DNA of 64,000 nucleotides from Thalia democratica (Eukaryota): NCBI GenBank assembly GCA_965202585.1, contig OZ241831.1, positions 29,698,001 to 29,762,000 of the forward strand, read 5' to 3'. Shown piece by piece: positions 1 to 11,806 of this stretch (position 1 is its first letter; each line of letters starts with the position of its first letter). The notes under the pieces were generated by a model. It saw only the letters and a program-made list of their open reading frames with translations, ran no database searches and was not told where the DNA came from. The position numbers and the translations under genes were made by a program.

Positions 1-2074
1 AAAAAATCTCAATATTCAAGAACATAGTTTTTTATTTAGGTTTAATATGAAAATACGAAATAATAAATGGTTAACTATAAATTTTAGATTTATCTGAAGA
101 CGAAAATATTGTTGACAATTTCAACGAAAAATTACCTTGTGGTAGTAACTTGTTTTTTTCGAATTCATTTATAACTGATACTCACATGCCAGACTACAAA
201 AAGTGTCAAAAAAGTTACAACAATTTTTAAGTAATTTAATAAAAGTCTAATTTAAATCTATTGTTTTTGTATTTAAAAGCTCATCATATATTCTAATATA
301 AACTTTGTTAAAAGTCTGTACAATTAAAACTAATTGATTGTACCTTTAAAGTTCAAATTTTAAGTTAGTCAAGTAATATAAAGTCGTATCAAGACAATTT
401 AGTTAACAAGTCTTTAATGCACTTTGACTATACGTTAAATTTAAAAATTCTTTATTTTGATTACATTAGTTAATTGATATTAAAGCTTTTAACTTTTTCA
501 AAAATAAATTTAAAACTGTAATTATGTTAGTACTATTGAAATTTTAGTTTTACAATTGAGTATTCTCCATTAAAACAAAAGCATAAAAAATTTAGAATAG
601 TTTTTGTTTAATTAGGTTGCATTTTTAAAACTTTTCTGTAACATAAGTATTCTGTTTGCTATGATTAAAATGAAAATACAAAACTTTACAAAAACTCAAG
701 CACAAAAACCAAAATAAAGATCTGAAAACTAAAAAAAATAGAAAAAATATATTAAATTGAGCTTTCGGTTGTGATTTGATAATATCCCTAAATAAATTTT
801 ATAAAGTAGACAAGCCAAAATGTCTTGACTATATTCTAATTTAAGAAAGATAACAAATTAAATATACATATTGTGTTTAGGTCACAATAAGGTATTGAAG
901 TTTTTTATTTAATGTAATTTGCATGCACTAGTTTGTATCACCGATTTTTATCATTTTCGCACTAACTGCTGATTAGCTTAAAAATATTTATTTAAACTAT
1001 AATGATATACTTTATATAAAACGTTTTTTTGTTTTGAAATCTTAACCTCTACCTAACAAAAAAAGTACAAATAATTTTTTATGACTTTGTTTGGCTATTA
1101 TAAGTACTTTTATTGTTAATGAAATAAGTACTAAATTAGTCCTTTTTAAAGAAACCAGACAAAAAAGTGTACTGTCAATATAGTAGCAAAAATGCTTTGA
1201 GACTTGTTTATAACAAGTGTTAGAAATTTTCTTTGTTATTAATGAAAATTTTAAATTAGTTGATTAATTATGCTTGTTGAAAAACTTATCTTTACTGGTA
1301 TTGAAATATTTTTTAGTTAAAACAAATGTACAAAAACATGTTTACTTTCAGTATTAAATGTTTTATTACTACTGCTTAAAAATAAAAATGTTTTCAGAAG
1401 CTATTTATTACTTTTTCAAATTGATTATTGAAAGGCAATAACTAAAAGCAGTTATATCTTAGTGTATATTATTTTTTAATGAAAGTAACCGAAGACTTTT
1501 TTCAAAAAAAACGTTTTTACGTTAAATAAGTTACCTGTTATTTCTCTAATATATAGCGCTAATACTAAATGCATCGTAGTTTTTCTGCAATAACTTCAAA
1601 TAACACTCGTCTATCACATAATAACCAAACCATACTATTATAAATTATTCACTTAAGTTTCAAACATATTTAATGCTGTTACAATATAAAATAAATGCTA
1701 TACGAATAAAGGTTTATTAATTAAATTAGTTTAACTATAACTAGTTTCAGCCTAGTATTAAATAGAAAGTTTAGTAAATTTCATAAAATAAGTTGTAGCA
1801 ACTTTTATTAAAAATAGTGTACTATTTATTTTCTAAGTATTATACTTTATCGCTAATTCATATTTTTCTGAAAAGTTTTACAATTTTTAAGTGAAAAACT
1901 CATAACAACGTTGTCTTTAAAAGCTATAAGGTTTTTTAGACTTTACATAACATTCAAACACATTTATTGGAAAAAATAAGCTTGAGTATATGCGTTTAGC
2001 TCATTATAGACTTATCTACGACAATTTCATGTATAAACCAACACACATATGCTTTTAAAATTGATTTTTAAACT

Positions 2075-2292
2075 ATTCAGTAAGCAAATAAAAACTTACT
2101 CTTTACCAATTACATTATATACGTAAAAACGTTTAGGTAATTACTGTGAAAGTTTTAGTTTTAGCTTACTATATGTAAAAATAATTCAGTAAGCAAATAA
2201 AAACTTATTTCTTTACCAATTATACTATATACGTAAAAACGTTTAGGTATTTACTGTGAAAGTTTTAGTTTTAGCATAGTACTTGTAAAAAT
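2075..2292. repeat. Direct tandem duplication, two copies of a ~109-bp unit
   Basis: ATTCAGTAAGCAAATAAAAACTTA...GAAAGTTTTAGTTTTAGC starts at both 2075 and 2184, with only a few substitutions. Confidence 0.9.
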
Positions 2293-3769
2293 TAAAAAAA
2301 TGTAAATTAATTATTAAAAACCTAATAATTAAACCTTGCATTAAATTATGAAAAATATGATTTTAAAGTTTTGCATTTTGCAAAGTTTGTAATAAGAAAG
2401 TACAGTACGATAGCAGGAGCGTGATTTTGATAACTATAAAGCAAAATTTAAACTAGTTTCAAATGAGGTTTTTATACTTGTTATCAATTAGTTGTTATTT
2501 TAATTAAAAAGTACTTTTTATTTGTTTTGAATTAAAAGTCTTCAGAAATTATTTAAATATCTAAAATGTAATACTGTACAGTGTGTGTTTTCAGTACTAA
2601 TTTTGTTTTGTTTTAAAATATATTTAAGGTTTATTGTTTATATAACGAAATATTTCAGGTTTAGTATTACAAGAACTTATAGTTTTTAAAAAAAAAATTA
2701 GAAAAACGTTTAAGTTTTAAATCTATGGCTTTTTAGTTTCTTAAAAGTACATAAAGTAAGATTTTAATTCTAGATTTTTTTAGTATTCGTAAAATATCTT
2801 TAAATTATATTTACAATTCTATTAAGTTTCGTAAAACCATCAAAGTTATATGTTTTATGTTTTGAAAGGATCGTTAAAACAAATTTTAAAGTTTAAAACT
2901 ACTCACAATAAACTTATACCAAATTGAACCTTTTCAAATAAGATAAAAGTATTACACAAGTATTTTTAAGACTTTTCTATGCATACGGTGCAGATTTCTA
3001 ACGAATTAAGAAAATATCTAGTACGTATTTATTAAAAACAAATGCAAATTATTCCTTAAATTAAGCATTTCATCACGAGAAGCAAGCAAGCAACATGCTT
3101 TGAGTATTGATTATGCCTCTAAAAACTTTGACAAATATGTCTAGTGAAAATTGGACGCGAACCAAAGAAGCACTAATATTCTTTTACAAATGAAATGTTT
3201 ACACAATCGCATCATTTTCCTCATATTAAGCTGCAGACATGTAAGTCGCTACATCAGGGCTTGTTTGTGTTTAGTTTACTGAACACAGCGACATCAATTC
3301 TCATAGGCCGTTTTTGATAATTAAAAACAAACATTCTGTCAATTTTTTTTTGTTTTGATGCTTCCTTCTTGGCTTCGTAAGTTATAATTAGACGTTTGAA
3401 TTAAACAATTTAATAAGAATGTTCTTATTAGTCGTAAAGGGAATATTTTTGTGTTGATAAGTAACTACTAAAAATAAAACATTTTAAACACAAGTATGCT
3501 CATGAAGATTTGTTTATTTAATTTAGAAAGATTACAAAGAAAAAATATTTAAGTATAAAACTTGTTTGTTCGTTTTATATGTGTTTCATAAGCGGTTTAA
3601 AAAGATCATAATTTTGTAAAACATTTCAATAAACTTTATTTAACACTTTTGGTAAACTGTTTCATTTAAACCAAAACTAAACTAAAAAAAAAAGGATTTT
3701 ATAAATAAAAAAGTAGCTTGAAACCAAAAGTTTCAAACTGATTTGGTATCGCACACTGTCGATTATGAT

Positions 3770-6429
3770 CTAAAACACGTTATGACCTTTACTTTCACAA
3801 TACTTTTCCTCGTCAACGCACCTTTTGCAGTGATGGTAGATACTGCCCATGTCTGAAAAAGAAAGTTGTTTAGTTTTTTTTTCAAAAAGTTTTAAAGGTA
3901 GGTTTATAACTTTTTAATTCAGTGAAATATAGCTAAAGTTTATAATTCAATATTTATCTTAATGTAGTTTTTGCGTATGAAAAAAACAAACTAATACTTT
4001 TACTAAAGTGTAATCAACTAAAAGACGAGTAGTTTTTTTTCAAATTAAACATGAGAAGTAATACTTAGCGCAGTTTTTATTAACGCAACTGGCTTTCCAA
4101 GTTTTACCTTGCAGTCTTTTGAAGAACTCGCAGGAAGTCACCTTGCAGTAAACTTTGCTGCACAGGCTCCCGGACCTCCTTGAAAATCCGCCCCTCTTGC
4201 CCCTCAACTCGTCCATTACCGCTTCCTCTAAAACTTTCAGCATTTTAGAAGAATTCGCCGGTTCTTCGCTGCTCAACGCGTTTAGACTGTCGTCAGTTTT
4301 TGTCTCGTCTTCTGTAAAGAAATGTATTTTTTTTTAGATACGATATTGCTCTTTTATTAGTTTGATTTAGATCAAGGGTTTTAATTTTAATTGTTGATGT
4401 GTTTCCTTATACTTAAAGTCTTATCATGTAAAATTAATAATAAACTTAAGGTTATATAAATCATTTGGTTTTAAACTTTAAATTTAATATAAACTTTTAT
4501 TTATCATAAAAGTTATATAAAGCCAAGATGTATTGTGATTTTTTTTGTACAAAAAGCTACTACTAAAAAAAAATCTGCCAATATAATTTAACTTATTTTT
4601 TGTGTTTTATTTCTCAAAAGTATTTTCTAAGCATAATTATGTCATGTATAAAACTATACAGTAGCTGAAAACCTTAAAATGTTTAAAATAATACTTAGTA
4701 TTATCAAAAAGTTATAAACAAAAGGCTTAGTTGTAATATATAAAAAATACTACATAATAATGTTTGAAAGTACTGAAAACAAAAAAAAAATAATACAAAA
4801 CTAATCAATAAAGAAAGTTTTCGGTGCATAAATATAAATGCAGTTTAAACGTACAAAAAAATAAAAGAAAGAGATTAATTTTGATGTAAATTTTCATCAA
4901 GGTTATTTTTCAATGCAATTTTAACTTTTAAGCAAAATGCAAATAGCTTCAACTTTGTTCACGTCAAAATTATTCTCACGGTTAATCTTATTAAACACAA
5001 AGCTATTTGCATATTGATTAGCAAAGCTGTTTGAAAATAACAAGTTGATAAAACCGCTTCATTGCTTCGAATTTTCGTTTCGTATTTTATGTAACTTTAT
5101 TATTTTAATCTAAATATTCACGTTAACCTATATAATGTTTTAATGTTTTATCATATAATGTCTAAACGTTGTTAGTTCTATTACTAGATACTAATATTGT
5201 ATGGGTTTATGTTGTACTTACTTAATATTAAGTATACTCTGACTATAACAGTGTGAGTTGGATTTAGTTGTACTTTACCTAAAAGTATTTTACTTTATTT
5301 AGCACTAAAACAAATAAAATATAAAAACCTAAACTTAAATCTTATTCGTACCGCGAAATTGTATTCTATTTTACAGCTGAGAACATTTTACTTAATGTTA
5401 TGTTTTTTAGCTTGCACAGAAACACAAGTGCTTGTAAAGCTGCTATAAAATATAGCCTACAAAACTTAATTAAACAAAACAAAATAAAGCAAACATACTG
5501 TAACAGAAAGGTTGAGGTGAGCTCCATTGACCTGTCACCTTGTCGCATTTGAAGAAGTCGTCTCCGATTAGAAGGTGCCCGTCGAAGCAAGCCACGTAGC
5601 ACCGGTACCCCCTGCTCGAGCAAAACAACTTGCCATTCTCGGGTATCTTCAAACTGGGGCACTCTGGTTAATGAAGTATAAACAGCTGATAAGGCTAAGA
5701 CATGTTATTATTTAATTGATCAACAGCTTGAAAGTGTGTTTATTTGTTCTACGTTGTCTTTCAAACTAGTAGATCTTTTTTTGATATCAGAATTAAATTT
5801 GCAAGTTTTTGTAAATGTATTGAAGCCATAACTAGTTTTAAACCATTAAAAAAAACGCAAATTATACAACGTTTAAAAATATTTCAAAAATGCTGTTTAG
5901 GTATGTTTTAAGCTATTTGATTTTTTAATAAAAGTTGTCTTAGTACATTTAAAAAAAGTATTAACATGGTTAAATAATAGTTTTCATTAATCTTTTTTTC
6001 ACAAAGTTTTTTAAATTAAAAAACAAAAATTTTAAATAAAGATATAAATAGAAATATTTTTCTCATTTTCCTAATCTATAGTATTTTAAACTTTCTCCTG
6101 AAGCCTTTGATTTCCAGCAGTTTACAGTTCTAGCTTGAGAAATAAGCTAATAAAGCGGCTTTAAAATATCAAAAATTAGAAATAAATTTTTAGAATTAGT
6201 TTTTAGCTTCTGTTGTCGTGAAAACTCTTAACTTAAAACTTTATTTTATTCAAGCTTGTAATTAAAATAACTAAAATTTTAGTTACTGTTTCATTAGAAA
6301 CATAACTTGTTTTTTACTTAACTAAATTTCTAATGCTCATTTGAAACAAAATTAAGACCTACCCTCCAAAGAGTTTGCTATGCACAAAGTGATTGACATG
6401 AGCACCACTAAAAGGTATTTTCCCGCCAT
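3770..6429 (-). CDS. Secreted precursor, 172 aa: signal peptide + Sushi/CCP domain + acidic spacer + RGKR + six-cysteine peptide
   Basis: Exons 6429-6363, 5663-5499, 4311-4108 and 3852-3770, all GT-AG with consistent phase 1. Translation: MAGKYLLVVLMSITLCIANSLE / ECPSLKIPENGKLFCSSRGYRCYVACFDGHLLIGDDFFKCDKVTGQWSSPQPFCY (CCP pattern C..NG..C..C..G..L.G....C...G.WS...P.C) / KDETKTDDSLNALSSEEPANSSKMLKVLEEAVMDELRGKR-GGFSRRSGSLCSKVYCKVTSCEFFKRLQ / DMGSIYHHCKRCVDEEKYCESKGHNVF*. A minus-strand AATAAA lies at 3635-3640. Confidence 0.85.
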
Positions 6430-6505
6430 TTCTTGAATTGGTTTGTATGATATGTTGAATCGAAACGCCACTGAAGTTTTTGTTAGCCGAAGTGCTGTAA
6501 GAGTC

Positions 6506-6512
6506 TTATATA
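6506..6512 (-). promoter_or_regulatory. Candidate TATA box of the Sushi-peptide precursor gene
   Basis: TATATAA on the minus strand, about 77 nt upstream of the ATG at 6429. Confidence 0.45.
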
Positions 6513-8038
6513 TGCCAACAAGCTATTAACTTCTCTCAGTTGAAAGAGAAAAAATATAAAAAACAATTTAAACTTACCATAAAACAAACAAAAACAGAAG
6601 GCTGTCTATTTCTATTGTTTTTTATGGCATAAACGCACTTATGATTAAAAATTTCAAAAAGCTATTTTTCTTAAGACGAAATAATAAGCATTTATTCATA
6701 GTGCATACACCTTAAGTGCAATAATCTTGTAATGAAACAAAATTGCTTTCTTTGTTGTGTAATGCTTAAAAACTTAGTTATATTTGTACTTTTTAAACTT
6801 ATTAGAAATTACTATTGAAAAAATGTTTTTACAAAAAAAATATTTTCTCTGTTATTGAATTTCGTTTTTTTTATAAAATATAGCAATAAGTAATACATAC
6901 TTATGTTTTTGATTTAAATATGAAACTTTCTTTTTAGCAATTTTGTAAAATAAATTATTTAAAAACTGTGAATACTTAGAAATACCTATTTATTTTTTTT
7001 ATATTTTATAGTATACGTTTTTAAATTTTTTCTTAACACAATCATGCTTGCAATTATAATTTATAAATTAAACTCGTAGGAAGAAATAATTATACTACAT
7101 TGATAAGACTTTACTTAAAAGTTTTTAGCAAGCTTATATTTTGATTTACTAAAAACAAAACTCTTTATAAATTTTCATATTTTATTCAAATATTTGTTTG
7201 AAATATATTTAAATACGTAAACATGACAAAAGTTTAGCTAAAATTTTATATTTTGTCTTTTTAGTTTCTATCCGCAAAAAGGATTGTTTACATATTCAAT
7301 TGAAATGTATCATGTATCATGGAATTCTTTAAGCGCTATTTGTTTATTAAACTGCATTTTTTACTTCATTAAAAATATTGCTTTTTTAAATTAAAATTGA
7401 AAGTTTCTTTAGTTTTTTAAGCAACTTTATAATTTCGTTAAAAAATGTAAACATTTAACACTTTTAAATACGTTTTAATATTAGGAAAGTTGTGTTGCAA
7501 AATCTTATAAAAATAATCGTAAAGGTTTGTACTGTTTGTTTAGCTGTTTATAGTACTGATTTAAACTTAAGTTTCTGTAAATAACTACAATAAAGTTTGA
7601 CATGAAAAAAGAAAATAGATGTTACAAAAAAATTTTAGTTTGGTAAAAATATTGTCTTCAAGTTACTAATATCTTTATAAAATAAGTATTACTACTTTAT
7701 TATGATATAAAGTTTTAACCTACTATAAAATGTTTATTGTCTATTTATTGGAACGGCTTTTAATAATATTTTTAATTACAAGTACAAACATACTAAAAAC
7801 TTATGGTAAACATAAGTAATAAGTATATAGATTTCGAAAGCACTTATACAAAAAAACAAAAACAACTGAAATGTGTAAGCTATAAACTAATTTTAATGGG
7901 CATACTTTTTTTGTAAAAGCGGAACTGTAAAAATCGTTTTATTGAAGTTTTTTTTTTAAGATAAAACTTTTAAGTCAACGTAGTACTCATATAATATAGC
8001 TATAACGGAAACTTCAGTAAGAAAAGCGCAAGTTAGGG

Positions 8039-9490
8039 TTATAAGGGCTCGTATCGATCAATTGTTAACACAAAACACATCTGCGTTCACGAAATAAATC
8101 AAAAGTTGTGTAGAATGAAGTTCAACTATTTGATCATGTTCAAAATAGTAAAAATTTGTGAGACTATTATTGAAATTAGAGTTCATAAGCTTTGTTTGTA
8201 TAGTTATTTTAACATAATTAAAACAATCAAAATATTTTCATGTGTTATAAATCTATTTAAATTTTTGTTGATAGTCAAAGAGTTTAATAATAAATACGCT
8301 GTACATAAAACTGGTACTTGATTTAGTTGTGAAAACAATCTTAAATAGTTGTTGTAAAACATTACAGTTATATTTAAAATTAAAAAAAAAAGAACAAATA
8401 AGCAATTTAAAGGATTTAAACAAAATTGTTTGTTATTTTTCATTGAAGAACAGTTTATTACTCAAAGTTAAACAACTTTTATTTAAAAATTATTTATACA
8501 TGTATATATCAGTAGTTTAATACAGAAATTATTTACTAATCTTTTATTTTTAATGCTTAAAATTTTTTTCGTATTATAAGCAACTATTTTTAAAATACTT
8601 AGCAGCCTTTTCTAAATTTCAATTTTTTAAATTTAATCAAAATGTTTCTAAACAACATAAAACGGTCTATCATAATATTGTTTTTATATACTTCTTACGT
8701 GCCAAATTTCATAATATACACATTTTCTTGATACAATATTCATCAGACACTCTAGCCTCTGTTTTGGCGTCATTAGCTTTAATCTATAAATATCTATTAT
8801 ATCGTTAGTCTGATTTTCTCTTACAACGCTGTCAACTGATTTATGTTCAAACATAATGGTTGAGAAATAATTACAAGAATAAAACAGACGAGCAAAGTTA
8901 TTCAAGTACTAACATCAGTTACAAACAAGTTTATTTATTTTTCATGTTTGAGCTGATAATCTAGGCAGTGGTTGCACGGTTTAACTAGAACTTTTTTTGC
9001 TTTTGGTCAAATTGTTAACAAAACAATTAAAAAAAATCAAAAACGTACATAAAGTTTTATCATATAGCGTATATACATGGCGTTCTTAAAATTCTTACTT
9101 TGTTAATAGTTTTTTGTAATCAATTAAAAAAAGCTACTTTGAAAGCTATACACAGTGTTTAACAAAAAGGCGTGTTTCTACGCAAAGCAGCAAAAAAACT
9201 ATATTTAAACCCAAACAAAAGTTTAAAAGTCATCCAGGTTCGTCTCTGAAAAAACTTCAAAGAAAATCAAACTTAAAATTAATTACATAAATATCTCGTC
9301 GACGACGAATGATAATTCCGGCTGATGGAAAAGTCCTAAAGACGTTGCTCGTGTCTGGAAGGCGTCCAAGCTCGTAACAAAAGGTTGATGGATGTATTGA
9401 TTGCACCCGCATGACTTTTAACAGGTGGAAAATAGTTTCGGATCGATTGTGACGTAACTGTGATGTAAACGAGCAAGAAATGATTCCGAA
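8039..9490 (-). CDS. Hypothetical protein, three phase-0 exons, 5' end uncertain
   Basis: Open exons 9490-9287 (204 nt), 8908-8699 (210 nt) and 8080-8039 have AG/GT boundaries and join in frame: ...MRVQSIHPSTFCYELGRLPDTSNVFRTFPSAGIIIRRRRDIY / YLNNFARLFYSCNYFSTIMFEHK...LECLMNIVSRKCVYYEIWH / MCFVLTIDRYEPL*. No family recognised. Confidence 0.4.
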
Positions 9491-11806
9491 CTAAAAATAA
9501 ACGTTCAAGTTAGTGATTGATTTAGTCATGAGCTTTGGTTATTGTTTAAGCTTTTATTTTGAGCCCCACGTTAGTATGAACTTCAAGTAGATGAAAACTA
9601 ACTAAACAATTATCAAATATATAGAACAATGTTAGTTATTATACAACTGCAAACAATCACTTCTGCATATTGACGTTTCAGCGCATGACATGAGTTGATT
9701 GTATGTAAAAACGGTCGAAGTTAAGTATTCAACTCTAATACAATTCACTGTATAACACATTATGTTCACACTACGTCGCTTTGAAAGTTATGCATTTTTT
9801 ACTAGTCGGTAGATAGTAGTTTGATTGAATTGATAATAAGTTATCAGTCTAAATAAACTGTTTTGGTAGTTTAACAAATGTGGTAGTTTAAAATTAACCT
9901 AAAAAAAAATTTGATAACAAAACTTTACTAAAGTAAGATAGATTTTACGAATAAATTAACTAACGCAAGATAAATTTAAAAGCGTTTTAGTTTTGTACCA
10001 GTCGTTTGAGTATAAGTTTAATGTCTTTACTTATATTTTTTTTTGTTCTAATATTTAAAAAAATTACTTACAATTGTTTACTATGAATTGTAGATTAATA
10101 ATTATTAAACTCAAATATTGAGTTTATTAAATAAATCTTGTTTTAAATTTAAAAAACTTTATGATAAATACTAAGTTTAAATTGTAATTCTTGGGCTAAA
10201 CTTTCTTAAAACTATTTCTAAAAGTGTAGGAGTACTCTATTTTCCTAATGTTTTTTTAAGTACTAACGATTTTATTATAAAATATTTTAAATTAAGTTTC
10301 GTTTTAGCTTTTCTTTCTTAAACAAAAACATAATTTATAAAGTAGACTTATTAAAACATTACTTTAATAGTTACGTAGTTTAACTTTCAGTTTAAAAATT
10401 TGTTACCAATTTATATAACTTTCAACGTTCAATCATACCACATAATATACATCGAATAACCAAACTGTCGATAAGGATAATTTAGTTAAAGAAAAAATAA
10501 GAACACGACTTTTTTTTTAAATCTAATGAAATTTTATATGACTGTTGTTTAATCTTTACTTTTTAGCGACGAAATAAAAGGCATCAGTTTGAAACAGAAA
10601 TATAACTTTGTTTTAAATATGTAGAGTTTGTTTCTTTTTGTGAGTTTCTTAACGATGTTTTGGTAAGTAGTTTGTATGAACAAAAAAGTATTATTTCCTC
10701 ATGCTATTTGTTAAAATCTTGTTCTTTACTACGTTTTTTCTAGTTTAAACGTATATCCAAAATAAATATAGTCAAAACACTTTGAGTTTCCTGAAGTTTT
10801 TAATAATGTTTAAAATCAAAATAGTCTTTTTTTACTCTTTTGATATGCAATATGCATAGGTTTATTGTGGATTTAAACAATAACAGCTTTACCTTTAAAT
10901 TTCTTTTTCAAAATAACGTTTAAGCTTGTTTATTAAGCACTACTACAATAAATAAAAGCTTCTTATTGATATCGATGTCATTTAGTAACAAAATAAAGTT
11001 GTTACAAAACAAAAGTGAAACCTGTTTTCATAATTGTGAAAATGGTAGTATGTAAAATAACTATCTTTAAAATACTAACAACAAATGACAAACCTTATCG
11101 GTTTTTGCTGAAATTTTTAACTCCCTTTTTAAAAAGCCTATTAATGTTTGTACTAGAACAAAAAACTAAACTTAAATTTAAGTATTTTTAGATAAAAGTC
11201 ACAAGGTGTGTTTTTAATTTATTTTTTGATAACAAAATTATTTTTAAAGAAAACAATTGTTTAAACATAAGTTATAGAACATACGTTATTAATTTATTTT
11301 TAAGTTTATTGTTTTTATACGCTGCATTGAACGCTAGTCTAAACTCAAACAAAGAAACATTTTAGCTTTAAATAAAATATTTATATGTGTACAGAGCAAC
11401 TTCAAACTAAAGTTTAATTTACATTTGGTAAAATAGTTTTTTTAACCTCTACAAGTTTTTATATTACGAAAAAGTTAGTTGTTTTACATAAATAGTAAAC
11501 ATCATTTGGTTATTGTTTTAGTAAATAGATTTTTCCATCAAAATATTACAAGTAAAACAGTCCTAAAGTGTTAAAAAACTGTCATAAATTAAAAACAGAC
11601 ATATAGGGCATAGTTTAACAATTTTTTTTTCTTAACATGTGAAAAACAATTAAACTAAAATAAGATTCAAAAGGGACTATTTTGGTTAACTTTATAAGTT
11701 TCACAAAACTTATTTAACAAGACGATCCTGCAAAAAAAAGTCATAGGTAGTGATAAAAGATTTACAGTTTGTTTTAATAAACTAATTTTAATAAACAGCA
11801 AAAGCG

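Noticed and set aside
86-230. Possible terminal coding exon on + (DLSEDENIVDNFNEKLPCGSNLFF...YNNF*)
   Set aside because: Short, no recognisable domain, and any upstream exons would lie outside the window.
2980-3380. GC-elevated island with a strong GTAAGT donor at 3241
   Set aside because: No frame longer than about 45 codons and no compatible partner exon found; it may be UTR or promoter.
4155-5662. Track ORFs 4155-4337 (+) and 5366-5662 (-)
   Set aside because: These are the antisense and off-frame shadows of the real exons of the Sushi-peptide gene.
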